From Trichomonas gallinae (lineage: Eukaryota): DNA of 34,717 nucleotides. Below, piece by piece: positions 21,387 to 32,941 of this stretch. Every line of letters starts with the position of its first letter. Position 1 is the first letter of the stretch. The DNA is taken from contig MRSU01010846.1 of assembly GCA_008369845.1 (NCBI GenBank), positions 1 to 34,717 on the forward strand, given 5' to 3'. A program made the position numbers and the translations under genes. The notes beneath the pieces were generated by a model that was given only the letters and a program-made list of their open reading frames with translations, ran no database searches and had not been told where the DNA came from.

Positions 21387-22067
21387 ATGAATAAAACAAA
21401 AATCGTTCAATTTCCAGCGAAAGTTCTTTATATCCTTTCTTTCGTTATTCCAGTGACGTCCGTGTTCGTAGCGATAACAATACACTACTCCCTAAGACAC
21501 AACAAAGGAACTCCAGCAACAATTATGACTATTTCGGAATCAGTCGTTGACCTTCCGGAATCAAGAGTATTTAATATCGGCATGACTTTTGGCGCCATGC
21601 TTCAATTCGCAATTTACTTCATGCGTCATCATTATCTTGTTACAATCGTTAGAAGAGACTCTAAATTCATTTTACACTTACTAAAGTGGATTGTTATCCT
21701 TTGTGAGTTCTTAGGGCCTTTCACTTTCATTGGTATTGGCAACTTCACTGTTAAAGAATTTACAAATGCCCACAACTCCTTCGCAATTATATTTTTCTAC
21801 AGCGTTTGTCTTTACTTTATATTCTACGATATTATTTTAATGTGTACAACAAAGAAACTTAAATGGTATTCTGGAATGCTTTCTTACTTGATGCTTATCA
21901 CAACATTACTTGCAGGATGGGTTAGATTTGCAGTACCATTATCCAATGATGCCGGTGTTTCAGCATCTTCTGTATTTGAATATATAACAGTTGTAATTTT
22001 CGGTCTCAAGTGTTGTTTAACAATAATTGACCTTCCTCCTCACGGAATCAAATTCTTCTCTAAGTAA
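21387..22067 (+). CDS. Frag1/DRAM/Sfk1-family multi-pass membrane protein
   Basis: 226 aa with about six hydrophobic segments. Has TISES...PESRVF (cf. family ISD.G..PPES.IF), a His before TM4 (AHNSFAIIFF) and FEY in the last TM. Confidence 0.75.
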   Translation: MNKTKIVQFPAKVLYILSFVIPVTSVFVAITIHYSLRHNKGTPATIMTISESVVDLPESRVFNIGMTFGAMLQFAIYFMRHHYLVTIVRRDSKFILHLLKWIVILCEFLGPFTFIGIGNFTVKEFTNAHNSFAIIFFYSVCLYFIFYDIILMCTTKKLKWYSGMLSYLMLITTLLAGWVRFAVPLSNDAGVSASSVFEYITVVIFGLKCCLTIIDLPPHGIKFFSK

Positions 22068-22740
22068 ACTTGTTACAAGAATTTCTAAATAGTTTATTTT
22101 TTCCTAAATTTTTATATTTTTACATTTTTTAGATCAATGACATTCCATATATTGTTATAATGGTATTTGCAATGATATCATATATATATTTGGTTGTTGT
22201 GTTGAAAAAATATAAAAAAGACCAGATGAATCAAAAATGAACATTTGAATTAAACAAACAATAAGGCTGAATGAAGTTGTAAAGCATCATATTCATATCA
22301 TTTATATAGTAGTGCATATCTGAATAGAAATAGAATTTTTCATTCTAACATCATAATATCCGATAATTTTAAATTATGAAAGTTATATGATGGAATTGTT
22401 GATGTATATTACAATGTTATGAATGAAAAAAAAATTAAAATTTGATTTGAAAATTAAATTGTAGTTTGCCACTGTGGACTACATTATATGCATGCAAAAT
22501 TAGATAGTTTGAATTTATAAAGAGAAATTTTTAGGAAAATCATTTCGAATTGAAATTCATGTTATTTTAGGTTTACAGACATTTGACACCTTTGACAAAG
22601 CATGTTATTACAAGACAATGATATTATACATGATTTGACCGATGTTTTGTTAAATACAATAAAATTTGTTTACTTTTTGTTATGAGTTTTGTTAAATAAA
22701 ATCATTTATAAAGTTAAAATCCATAAATTATGAAATCTGT

Positions 22741-23350
22741 TCCATGATCTTTTGCATTGGCATCTATTCTCGAAACTGTGAAAAGAGCTTGACAATTTCA
22801 TGATAGCCACTCTTTGAAGCCCAAATAAAAGCTGTATTGCTGTCGATGTCTTTTGCGTTGACATCTATTCCAGGAACATCGAGAAAGAGTATAACAACAT
22901 CATAATGACCTCCTTTTGAAGCAAGAATCAAAGCTGTATTGTTGAATTTATCTTTTGAGTTAATGTCAATGCCAGATTCGATCAAAAGACGAACAAAATC
23001 TTGATTGTTAGCATAAGTTGCTTTAGTGAAGATATTCCGATTTCCATTTTCTTTTGTCACGTAAATATATCTTTCTCTGACTGCAAACGACATGGCATCT
23101 TTGTCTTTTTCTTTTGCAATTCTTTCACAAGTATTGTAGATACTATCAAAATATGTCTTTGTTTTCTCCAACTTCTTCAATATTTCTATGTTCTTATTTA
23201 CTGCTTTGTATTGTTCTTGTAATGCAGTTTGCGATTTTTTTTTTGTAAGTTTTGTTTGATTTCGTCAGAAAGTTGTTCAATTTTTGAAAATGAAGTTTCA
23301 TTAATGGTTGCAATAGAATCAAGAATGTCAAAGTGGAGGCATCGACCCAA
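22741..23350 (-). pseudogene. Ankyrin-repeat protein pseudogene, C-terminal half (5'-truncated, two frameshifts)
   Basis: ORF 22764-23180 has no ATG start and carries ankyrin repeats (GIDINSKDKFNNTALILASKGGHYDVV; GIDVNAKDIDSNTAFIWASKSGYHEIVKL). Upstream reading LGRCLHFDILDSIATINETSFSKIEQLSDEIKQNLQ joins only through a frameshift in the A10 run at 23235-23244. Downstream, IDANAKDHG continues in a shifted frame past the TAG at 22764. Confidence 0.8.
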
Positions 23351-23633
23351 TGATCTTCTATTTCACAATACTACCACGATAACCACATGAAAATATTGCG
23401 AACTAAAGTATTTTGATGCATCCGAAATTACACGAAAATTTAATAATTTTGACGCATCATAATTTCATTCTTTATCTCGAATTTATAAAATGCTTTACTA
23501 TTCCTACTTGAGATATATTATTCCTGTAGGCATATAGAAGCTATATCTGAAGTATCAACATCAAAAATACAAAGATTATCAAGATATGATAGAAAAAAGT
23601 GCCTGCATTATTATTTTTGATTTTGAAAATAAA

Positions 23634-26600
23634 ATGAATTATGGCTATGGTAATCCTCTGTTTGAAAAACCTTCAGTGCCTATTATTGGGCGCCACTCTA
23701 AATCATCAATCGATAAATCCTCAAAACCAGTCGAATTTGAGAATGTTTCCGAGCATCTATTAAAATTTCTCCCAGATTATGGTGATTACAACTTTTTAAG
23801 TGAAGAACGTCCCATACGGATCTTGCCGCAATGGAATGCACAGCATACTTTAGAACCAATGAATACTTTTGAAACATTGGAAATAAATTTACCTGCAGGA
23901 CTTCAAAAAATAGAAGAAATCCAGCAACTATTCCTCAATTATGACTCTAAAAACGAAGAAAGCACTAAATATTTAGTAGATTTTATTGATTCGCATAGTT
24001 ATTTCGGCCTAAAAGAGCTAGAAATTTGTTCTACTGTTCGTCCCAATAAAGCAAAAGACTATATACACTTATTCTCGCAGTTATCTACAAATACAAAACG
24101 AATTGCACAACTTTCAACAACATTTCCTTCATATTTTGAACTTCTACTTCAAAAAGCCGGTATTTTCAATATAGTCGAAACATCACAGATTTCCACACCA
24201 ATAAATAGCTACCATTTTAGCGATAGATTAAATTTTATTTTTTACGAAAATGCTTATAGGCATACTCGCTATGAACCTGTGGATTATGATTGTTTGAATG
24301 CATTAATTCAAGATGATTTACAATATTTCGTTGATCTTGCAATGAATGGAAACAATAATAGTTTTAAAAGTTTCGGGAAATATGGCGCAACAATTATTCA
24401 GTTTGCTGCTTATTTTGGAGCTGTTAACTGCTTCAAATATTTCATGTGCAACAAAGAAAACCTCGATAATATCGAAAGATTCGCGTTGGCTGGTGGAAAC
24501 ACGGAAATCATTCGAGTTTTGATGCAGCAAGGAAAAACATTCGATGATTGTCTTAATTTGACACTTTTATTCAGACGTGATGAATTATATGAAGGCCTTC
24601 TCCCAAATTGCGATGAAGCATATGTTAAGCGCCAATCATATACTTTCTACTTGACTGACTCAATGTCAATTCGCGCAATTTACGCTTTAATGCAGACGAA
24701 TCGCGTTATCGCAATATCAGACTATTTATCAGTTTTATTCTTCGATGGATTCATCGATGCATGCAGAGAATTGTCAGTGCACGCCTTATATTCAAAGCAA
24801 CTATTTTCTTTAATGCAAGATGATGTTGTTCTCAACAATTTCTTGAATAATTGTCCAAGCAATACTGCCTTTGAAGCAATTTTCAAACACTGCTTTTCTA
24901 TTGGATCAGAATATCATCTAAAAGTCATGATCGATCACGAAAAATTCAAATGCTATAAATTATCTTCAGACCTTCTTTCTTCCATAGAGAATAATATGCC
25001 GCAAATCACTGAATATATTAAGCAGAAAACACAAGCAGCTACAACAGTTGAGGACGCACATCTCTTGCTGAAGTATGGAAATATTCCTAATAGTTCTCTC
25101 CTCTTTGATGTTATGATGTATTGTGTTCACCAGAAAGATCCATCTAGTCTCAATAGTTTGTTCCAAAAGGTTTCATATCAAGATGTAACAATTCCGCAGA
25201 TGCAATTATTAATGAAAGAAGCTTCATGGGTCCGCAAGATCATTCAATATAAATATGTTCATCTTTGTGAGTCGCCAACAGACTTTATTCCATTCGTAAG
25301 ATATTTCGGATTTGATATAGACCCTCCAATTGCTGATTCGAAATTTTTAGCTGATCCAGATGTTTTAGATTCATTGACAATCTTCGATTGGATCAATATT
25401 TCAATAATTTACGACCAAGATTATCAAGACATTGTTAATTACTGCAAATCTATAGACTTGATAGATCACGACGAAGAAAGATATCTACTTGACGTATTGA
25501 TCGAATCTAAAGAATTCAACGAGAAATTCGAAGAGAATTATGAAGATTTTATCAACTGCATTTATGTTAAACCAAGTCTCATCAAATATTACGAAGGTAT
25601 TGAAATTTCTGCTGATATCTTTAATAAGCTGTTTGATTTCTACAACATGTTTGAAACCATAGATATCAGACAATTCTTTTTACTGCCAAAAATGAAAAAG
25701 TTCCTCAACATAGTAGAACTTTGCAAAAATATTAAATATTCAGATATCCTTGCAAACTTGGAATATACAGAAGAAGAATTTGAAATCGTCAAAAACACAG
25801 GATTCATGAAAAAATATCTCCTTTGCAATCTGAACAATGCAAAGTTCATGACAATCAATGAAATATTTAATTCAGGTCCATCCGAAAGAATCATCAATGC
25901 ACTTTTAGTTATAGATTTAGATAATGAAAAAATTAGGCAAGTTCACAGCATGTTGCTAACAAGGCCTATATATATGCATTACGAATTGATAAATAGACAA
26001 GAATATCTTAAAGGATTTCCAACTACAACATTATTAAATTATTACTGCAATACTCAAAATGATGAAATTACTAAGAAAGTAATAGCAGAAGTATTAAGTC
26101 GCCATTTAAATCATGAAGAAGAAAAACTGATTACGACATTAAATCTATCCAAGAGCATTATAAATGAATTCAGCCCGTTAATGAGTGAATTCATTTTGTT
26201 TGTTTACACAGTGCGTCATGGCTATAAATTTTACAATCATTTCGAAGAAATTAGTGATGATGATTTCCTTTTCATTTGCACCAATATTAAACAAATGTAT
26301 AGTGACACCTTGCTCGGCGTTAAAGTCTCCATAAATGCTTTGACAAGAGCTCTGCATATTGCAATTGAAAAAAAGAATATTTATTTAATGATCGCTTTAT
26401 TAAATGCAGGAGCATATATTGATGGAGTTGTAAATAATCTCACTCCACTTCAACTTGCAATCAATTGCCGTTTTGTTCAAGGCATTCGGGTTCTAATTGA
26501 ATTAGGTGCCGATATTTCATTTAGATTAGCTTCTACAGCAGCACAACAAGCGCAAAATACTAGTATTGCAATTATTAAAATTATCAGTGATAATTCAGAT

Positions 26601-27698
26601 ATTAACGTTGAAGCTAAGTATTCTAAAATAATACCCGAAGAATTAGCACCAAAAATGAAGCAAGATTTGTTCGAGGAAATTCAAAGTTTTACTATATACG
26701 GTGATAATGATTTCATGGACATGTTTGAAATTGAAGATCCACAGGAACTCGCAAACTTTGCATTACAATCTATGAGCAAATTCGAAAAATTTTCACAAAT
26801 CTTGGGCTTCCTTCTACTTATAAAACCAAACATTCAGCCGTTTGAGCTTTTAATGACTAAATACAGAAAACTCAGAGCAGCACTTTCAGATGAAACAAGA
26901 GAATTCGTTTGGAATTTCATCAGCTTGCGAATTAATGAACAAAATGTGCAAGTGAAGAATGTTTACTCAGCGCTTACAGGAATTGATTTGATATCTAATC
27001 ATCCAGATAATTCTCTTCTTTTATACGCAGCTACGAAATATGGCTTTTTGAACATCGTACAAAGCTTATTTGATCACGGAGCTAAATTGAATGAAGTTGA
27101 AGGCAATTTCTTCACGCTTTCTCCAGCATTAGAAGCTATAACAATGAACAGGCCTGACATCTTCAAGATTTTCATTGATCATGGCTTAGATGTCAATTCA
27201 GTTTATCCAGATAACTTCACATTAATCAACTACGCAATTTTGAGGAACAATCAAGAGATATTTGATATGATTTTACCGAAATGCAACTTTAAGCATTTAG
27301 TTATTTACACGCCGATGATGGTTGCTATGTCACAATACCAGACAAATCCATACTACGCAAACGTTTTGTACGATAAAATTGACAAAGAACTTGAAAGAAT
27401 CGAAAATGACAATTTCCATGAATATGAACTTTTCGTTTCTGGTGAATCTACCACTATTCCAAACTATCATGTTGTTCCATATCAAGTAAAAATGCCTGAA
27501 AGAGCAGATCCGGAATTGACAGCAATAGTAAGACAGTTTATCGATTCCAATGATTTTGATCAGAGAACTTTGATCTACAGATATATAGTTATTTATAATA
27601 CTAAATATAATACCGTAAGAACAATATACCGGGTACGCGACTCTCAAGTCATCAATCCTATTGATGAGTTAATTGATGAATACGACCGCAATTTGTAA
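23634..27698 (+). CDS. Large ankyrin-repeat protein (DUF3447-like N-terminal region plus C-terminal ankyrin repeats)
   Basis: FAAYFGAVNCFKYF...FALAGGNTEIIRVL, ALHIAIEKKNIYLMIALLNAGA, TPLQLAIN, LLYAATKYGFLNIVQSLFDHGA. The ORF opens at 23586, but the ATG at 23634 (AAAATG context, downstream of AAAAGTGC) is preferred. Confidence 0.85.
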   Translation: MNYGYGNPLFEKPSVPIIGRHSKSSIDKSSKPVEFENVSEHLLKFLPDYGDYNFLSEERPIRILPQWNAQHTLEPMNTFETLEINLPAGLQKIEEIQQLFLNYDSKNEESTKYLVDFIDSHSYFGLKELEICSTVRPNKAKDYIHLFSQLSTNTKRIAQLSTTFPSYFELLLQKAGIFNIVETSQISTPINSYHFSDRLNFIFYENAYRHTRYEPVDYDCLNALIQDDLQYFVDLAMNGNNNSFKSFGKYGATIIQFAAYFGAVNCFKYFMCNKENLDNIERFALAGGNTEIIRVLMQQGKTFDDCLNLTLLFRRDELYEGLLPNCDEAYVKRQSYTFYLTDSMSIRAIYALMQTNRVIAISDYLSVLFFDGFIDACRELSVHALYSKQLFSLMQDDVVLNNFLNNCPSNTAFEAIFKHCFSIGSEYHLKVMIDHEKFKCYKLSSDLLSSIENNMPQITEYIKQKTQAATTVEDAHLLLKYGNIPNSSLLFDVMMYCVHQKDPSSLNSLFQKVSYQDVTIPQMQLLMKEASWVRKIIQYKYVHLCESPTDFIPFVRYFGFDIDPPIADSKFLADPDVLDSLTIFDWINISIIYDQDYQDIVNYCKSIDLIDHDEERYLLDVLIESKEFNEKFEENYEDFINCIYVKPSLIKYYEGIEISADIFNKLFDFYNMFETIDIRQFFLLPKMKKFLNIVELCKNIKYSDILANLEYTEEEFEIVKNTGFMKKYLLCNLNNAKFMTINEIFNSGPSERIINALLVIDLDNEKIRQVHSMLLTRPIYMHYELINRQEYLKGFPTTTLLNYYCNTQNDEITKKVIAEVLSRHLNHEEEKLITTLNLSKSIINEFSPLMSEFILFVYTVRHGYKFYNHFEEISDDDFLFICTNIKQMYSDTLLGVKVSINALTRALHIAIEKKNIYLMIALLNAGAYIDGVVNNLTPLQLAINCRFVQGIRVLIELGADISFRLASTAAQQAQNTSIAIIKIISDNSDINVEAKYSKIIPEELAPKMKQDLFEEIQSFTIYGDNDFMDMFEIEDPQELANFALQSMSKFEKFSQILGFLLLIKPNIQPFELLMTKYRKLRAALSDETREFVWNFISLRINEQNVQVKNVYSALTGIDLISNHPDNSLLLYAATKYGFLNIVQSLFDHGAKLNEVEGNFFTLSPALEAITMNRPDIFKIFIDHGLDVNSVYPDNFTLINYAILRNNQEIFDMILPKCNFKHLVIYTPMMVAMSQYQTNPYYANVLYDKIDKELERIENDNFHEYELFVSGESTTIPNYHVVPYQVKMPERADPELTAIVRQFIDSNDFDQRTLIYRYIVIYNTKYNTVRTIYRVRDSQVINPIDELIDEYDRNL

Positions 27699-28129
27699 TT
27701 TCAATTTGTTATTTATTAAATCATGTTAATATATTATTTAATTCAGAATCAATCATGTTTCATCTAGAGGCGAACAATCATTTCTAGAGGCAAATATAAT
27801 TGTTTCATTCTATATATAATAAAACTCAATAATGGTTTTGATAATAACAACTAAATAAACAAATTTACTAATATGATTCGTAGTGATTAAAAATTGAAGT
27901 AGAAATTAGTGCAGTTGCGTTATATATTATTGGATGTAATATTAAAAAAATTGCAAAACATGATTAAATATTGAAGCAGAAATTAATGCTATCTTGTTAA
28001 AAACCTTTTTGATTCAATAATATAACATTCATTCTTATGAACTCAAATAACATCAAATCAGGGAATCAATAAAATAACAAATAATTCAATGATTTGCAAA
28101 ATTGAAAATAACAAATTTTACATGACAAA

Positions 28130-28705
28130 ATGTCAAAACATAAAATGGACGAAAATGAAGTTGAGCAAAACCAAAACTATGTGAATGAAATACAAAGAAG
28201 AATCAATGTTCTTAATGCTAAATTTGATTTAAAAATGAAAGTCGAAAGCTTATTAGCTTTATTAGTTGTTCTGAAAAACAATATTGAAGATAATCAGAAG
28301 AAACTCATTCATATTACTAATTTATCAAAGCAAATCGTTTCCATAATGAATGTTTATCCTATGGATGACCAAAAAGTTAACAATTACATTCTAGAAACTG
28401 TTCGAACTATTAAATTAATTATAGATCAAGAGCAAAAGAATGATGTTTCCCAAGAATCAGAAACAATAGAAAAATCAACACTTGTACTTAACAAAATTCA
28501 GAATGAAATATTGAATTTAATCGATTTAGATGAAAAAAGACTTTCAGACATTCTCAACTGCGAAAAACGAATTGAAGAAATCCTGTACTATGCAGAAGAT
28601 GATCAATACATCGGATTTGTAAAAGATGAAGAATCTTGGAAATTACAAATCAAAAATCACAGAGCGAAACTTGCAAACCCGCATCTTGATGCTTCAGCAA
28701 ATTAA
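28130..28705 (+). CDS. Hypothetical helical/coiled-coil protein
   Basis: 191-aa ORF in very AT-rich surroundings, AAAATG start context, amphipathic helical composition. No family recognised. Confidence 0.7.
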   Translation: MSKHKMDENEVEQNQNYVNEIQRRINVLNAKFDLKMKVESLLALLVVLKNNIEDNQKKLIHITNLSKQIVSIMNVYPMDDQKVNNYILETVRTIKLIIDQEQKNDVSQESETIEKSTLVLNKIQNEILNLIDLDEKRLSDILNCEKRIEEILYYAEDDQYIGFVKDEESWKLQIKNHRAKLANPHLDASAN

Positions 28706-29393
28706 TATTTTTCGCATATTATCAAAATAAATGTTTATTTTTCTTTTTTTTATGGATTTAAATTACAATGAAAGAATGAAATCGAGCTTTAATAATATAA
28801 TAATTAAATTGCATACAGACTTCTGCATATATTCTCATGGTCTTATTTCAGTTGAATTTCAAATTAAGCGGCTTCTAAAACTTCAACAAATTTGCACAAG
28901 AAAACAAGTCGATATGATATCTATCGGAAGCAATCGTATAACAATCCTTAAGAGAAAAAAGCATGATATATCCTTACCTTTATGCTCACACTCTTTGTCA
29001 GTGTTGTTTGTTAGGTTATGACATAACAAATTCAAGACAAATAATATTGCTTCAACAACAATAACAAAAAAAAATCATGGTAACATAAAGTGATATATTC
29101 TGCAATGATATTAAATCATCCAAAGCTAACTATATGTCAACATAATAGATTAAAGAGTTATCTTTCTATCCATTAAATTAAAACAATCATAAAACATTTA
29201 AAACAAGCTGTGTTTACTTATAAACTAGTTCGATAAAAAAATATAATAATTAGGAAAAGCAACAAAATATAAAAATCCTATAATCATAAGCAGGAAATAT
29301 ATAATGTTAAAATACTTCCTAACAATAATCATTTATATAAAATACAAAGGTCGGATAAAGAAATAAAACAACAAACAAATAAAAATAAAAAAA

Positions 29394-32261
29394 TCATCCA
29401 GTCTTTCGCTGGTAGTAGATAGTGATAAGTTTTTGGTGGGCCTTAGATAAATGCGAAGTTCGTGATTCCATTTCAGGTTTTCCAAGAACAATGAACAGCT
29501 CGACGAAGCACATAACAACAGACTTCCTCACCTCAGGTGCAGGAGACTCGAAAGAACTCGTCAGTTTATTGATGAGAGGGCCAACAACAGACCCGACATC
29601 AATTTTCTCCATCTTAGGCAAACTTCTCGTGCAGAAGTCAATTGCGGCCTTAGCGAGTCCTATGTCGCTGGAGTCCATGTGGACTCTCACAGCATCGAAA
29701 ACATCAGCAGGTTTGAGGACTTTCATTGCTAATCTTAAAGCGGCATCGACATTCTTTGTGTTTACTGGTCCATGTGCTTGCGTTAACAGCCCAGGAACAA
29801 CAATTTGGAACTGATCGCAGCCTCTTGTTTGGAATATATTTTGAATTATTCTAATTATCGGTTCTGCATCTTTAGCTTTGAGCAACGCTTGGTTTAGCTC
29901 ATTAAGAAGCTTCTGCTTGATATTATTCCATTGGTCAGAGTTTTTAACCAAATCTTCGACTTTTTGGACGAATTGCGAAAAGTTTTTCTCTGAAAAAGAA
30001 GGAATTTCTGTCTCAAACCTTGAAGCAAGCTCAGGAACGAAAGGAGCAACGAAATCATGGAACTGCGACTGCTGGGATTCTCTTAATCCTTCAATAAAGC
30101 GTAAAACAGCCTCTTTGTTGTTCTTATAGACAGTTGCCACAATAGAACCAGCCGTATTTCTGTCTTTCACGTCTCCAATGTTGTAAGTTTTGAATGCGTG
30201 ATTTAATAATCTGTGTGCAGTTCTCTGTGTTGACACGCTGGCACCTTGGTTAACTAAGCTGGCAATAAGCTGCAAAATTGCCAATGAAGGAACCTGTTTT
30301 AACGCTGTAGAAAGGACTTCATTAACATCTAATGCGGCAGGAATTGTCAAAAAGAGGCTTTGAGCAGCTGCCGATGATCTCGGGTTGCCAACTGTTATTG
30401 CTTCCGTTAAGACATCAAGAAGTTTCTCAAGAATTGCGCCAGAAAAATAAGATGGGAAGGCTGTGACCAAGCTTTTCATTGCTGTCAACGCTTGTGATGA
30501 TATTAAGGCTGAGTTAGAACTGCAGCATTGAAGGCAGCCTCCAACAACGAAAGAAATATTTGATGAAAGTTCTTGAACTCTTCCGTCATCAATATCGCCT
30601 TGCAATGTTTCGAGAAATGCTGGTTCTTCACCTTCAAGGAGTTTATCACTGCCTTCATCTGTTTTTCTTTTAGATTCAAAATTAGTTTTTTCAACTTTGC
30701 GTCTTGAGTCGTGAGAAGTTGTTGCAAACTCTTCCTCTCTTGGAGCATATTTAGTGCGCGGACTGAGACGCGATTCTGGCCTTTGATCTGGATTTGGCTG
30801 CGGACTCGCTTTGGGGAACATAGATAAATCGCTAGTGCGAATCTCTATCTCTGGTTTTTCAGGCGCAGCAGTTTTTGGTCGCCTGGGCGACTCAGCGACT
30901 TGTTTTGAAGTATTATTTCTCGTTGATGAAGCTGTCTTCGTTTTAGGCGACTCTCTGGCTTGCGGACGTGTTTCAGACTTTGTTTCTAGCTTGTTTTCAG
31001 GATCTTGTCGTCTGAAACCAAATCTTGAATCAGAATTTTGTTGTCTTCTTGAATCTGCTGGTTTTCTTTGCGCTCCAACTGATTCACTCCTGGCACTTTT
31101 CGCTGTCCTTGAAAACAATTTGCCATCGTCGTCGTTTTCTTTATTTATTTTCATTGGATTCGCTTCTGTTGATAATTTCGAGTCATTTCCCTTCTGTCTG
31201 CGTGCGGAAAGCGGCTCTTTGCGCTTTGAAGCACCAGGAGTTGACATTGTGCTTGCTCTGTCATCTGCTCGAGATTCTGGGCGTTGATAGGCAGTTGTAG
31301 TCGATAAATCGTTATTTGTTCGCTTATTCTGTTGGCTTGATGCTGTTGTTGTTCTTCTTGGCTGCAGAGATGGAGCTCTGTGTTCTCTTGCCGATAATTC
31401 CATGCGAGAAGTTGATGCAACGCTTGGAGCACGTTTCCTCTTCTCTGCTGAGCCGATTCTGTCATAGCATTTCTCATAAGTTTCTTCAGAAATAGCTTTT
31501 TTGGTTCTCGCATCGCATTTCGCTAGAACAGCGTCAGCAGATTTTGGTAAACAGTCTTGTAAAGCGAGAAGTGACTCACGGGCCTTCTGTCTGACTGACG
31601 AATTTGCGTCTGTAATGAGTCTAGACAAAGTTTCTTCGATTTGTTTAGAATATTTAGCGAGAATGTCTACATTCCACCTGATAATTGCGAGTTTTAGGGC
31701 TTCAGCTGCGCAGTCTTTCATAGCAGAACCTTTAGATTTCGAAATATCAAAAATCGATAACATAACTCTACGTGAAGGACAGTATTTAGCGATTGTTATA
31801 ATGGCGTAGAAGCTGCTTTCAGCGATAATTTGCGTGCCATGTGATACACGAGCGATTAAAGGTGTTATAAAGTCTCCTATCAAATCTATTTCTTGACCAA
31901 CGCGCATTGCGATCTGCGCGATGCATAAACACGCGTTCTTAACGAGTGCACTGCGAAGATCGAGAGCTGTTTGTATCAATTCTAAAGCGATTCTGTTTAA
32001 TCCTTTGTAAAAAATTTCGTATTGAAGAGCTCCACCGTTAATTAGGCCCATAAGGCGAATTATAGCGTTTTGTTGTTCATCCCAATCTACCCCTTTGTCG
32101 AGTTTTCTTTCTAAAACCGAGATTTCATTTTCTGCTTCTGTTTCTGATGATATTTCGATGGGATCAACATCACTTCCTGCATTTTCGAACGCAGCACGCG
32201 TCTGCATCGTCAAGTCAGTTGTTGTCGGGAATTCTTCTGACTTTTGGCGCCGCGTTTTCAT
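29394..32261 (-). CDS. CLASP: CLASP family microtubule-associated protein (TOG/CLASP_N domain, basic disordered linker, C-terminal helical domain)
   Basis: DWDEQQNAI, DLRSALVKNAC and DANSSVRQKARE are CLASP_N HEAT motifs. S/R/K-rich linker. The C-terminus SFESPAPEVRKSVVMCFVELF...LSKAHQKLITIYYQR matches the CLASP C-terminal signature. Confidence 0.88.
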   Translation of the reverse strand: MKTRRQKSEEFPTTTDLTMQTRAAFENAGSDVDPIEISSETEAENEISVLERKLDKGVDWDEQQNAIIRLMGLINGGALQYEIFYKGLNRIALELIQTALDLRSALVKNACLCIAQIAMRVGQEIDLIGDFITPLIARVSHGTQIIAESSFYAIITIAKYCPSRRVMLSIFDISKSKGSAMKDCAAEALKLAIIRWNVDILAKYSKQIEETLSRLITDANSSVRQKARESLLALQDCLPKSADAVLAKCDARTKKAISEETYEKCYDRIGSAEKRKRAPSVASTSRMELSAREHRAPSLQPRRTTTASSQQNKRTNNDLSTTTAYQRPESRADDRASTMSTPGASKRKEPLSARRQKGNDSKLSTEANPMKINKENDDDGKLFSRTAKSARSESVGAQRKPADSRRQQNSDSRFGFRRQDPENKLETKSETRPQARESPKTKTASSTRNNTSKQVAESPRRPKTAAPEKPEIEIRTSDLSMFPKASPQPNPDQRPESRLSPRTKYAPREEEFATTSHDSRRKVEKTNFESKRKTDEGSDKLLEGEEPAFLETLQGDIDDGRVQELSSNISFVVGGCLQCCSSNSALISSQALTAMKSLVTAFPSYFSGAILEKLLDVLTEAITVGNPRSSAAAQSLFLTIPAALDVNEVLSTALKQVPSLAILQLIASLVNQGASVSTQRTAHRLLNHAFKTYNIGDVKDRNTAGSIVATVYKNNKEAVLRFIEGLRESQQSQFHDFVAPFVPELASRFETEIPSFSEKNFSQFVQKVEDLVKNSDQWNNIKQKLLNELNQALLKAKDAEPIIRIIQNIFQTRGCDQFQIVVPGLLTQAHGPVNTKNVDAALRLAMKVLKPADVFDAVRVHMDSSDIGLAKAAIDFCTRSLPKMEKIDVGSVVGPLINKLTSSFESPAPEVRKSVVMCFVELFIVLGKPEMESRTSHLSKAHQKLITIYYQRKTG

Positions 32262-32941
32262 TTTTTTTTTTTAGATTTTTTTGTTGACCGTTTAAAAATT
32301 TTTGTTATTTTTTGGAAAACTTCAAATATAGCATCTTTATGCATAGAAATGCCTATATTTTAAATTTTAGAAGATTTTCGATTAAATTCGAAAACTTGAG
32401 AATTGAGCAAAATCATTAATATTATTAGATAATACAAGTCCTATATTTTCATTTTCTGTTTAGATTTGAGCAAAATAATGAAAAAAAAATCAAAATTAAT
32501 TTTTCTTAAAATTTCGACTCGAAATAGTTTGTAATCTATATAGATATTCATAAACTATTAAATGTTGAACTATTTTCTGATTTTAAAAGGATTTTATAAA
32601 TAATGAATTTTATTTTTGCTTTTTATTGATAATGAGTTAAAAAATAATGAATTATATGTCGTGAAATATATTAATATATGCGTCAAAGCTGTTAAATAAT
32701 GAAAAATATTTTCAAAATTAATTTTTTTTTTTATAATTTCGACTGAGAGTAATATATATGATAATAGCACATGTTTACTATGTTTTTGATCCATAGAAAA
32801 TTCTACCAAGATTTTTTGATATTTGATATAATGTTATTTGCGGCAAAAAACATGAATCTGCATATTTCTAAAGTAATTTAATGTTTTTCCAACACTTTTT
32901 ATATTTTTCCAACATTTTTCATTATTCTTTAAGTCCGTTTA

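Noticed and set aside
27763..27791. Short direct repeats (TCTAGAGGC x2; also the 20-nt tandem at 32881-32920)
   Set aside because: Too short and consistent with ordinary slippage duplications.
28731..29021. 96-aa ORF after the hypothetical gene
   Set aside because: Starts in the 3' UTR-like T-rich tract, has non-coding-like composition and no motifs.
29422..31809. Alternative-frame and antisense ORFs within CLASP
   Set aside because: Shadow ORFs with no independent evidence.
3472..32261. Co-location of dynein and CLASP as a microtubule gene cluster
   Set aside because: Separated by seven unrelated genes or pseudogenes; no evidence of functional clustering.
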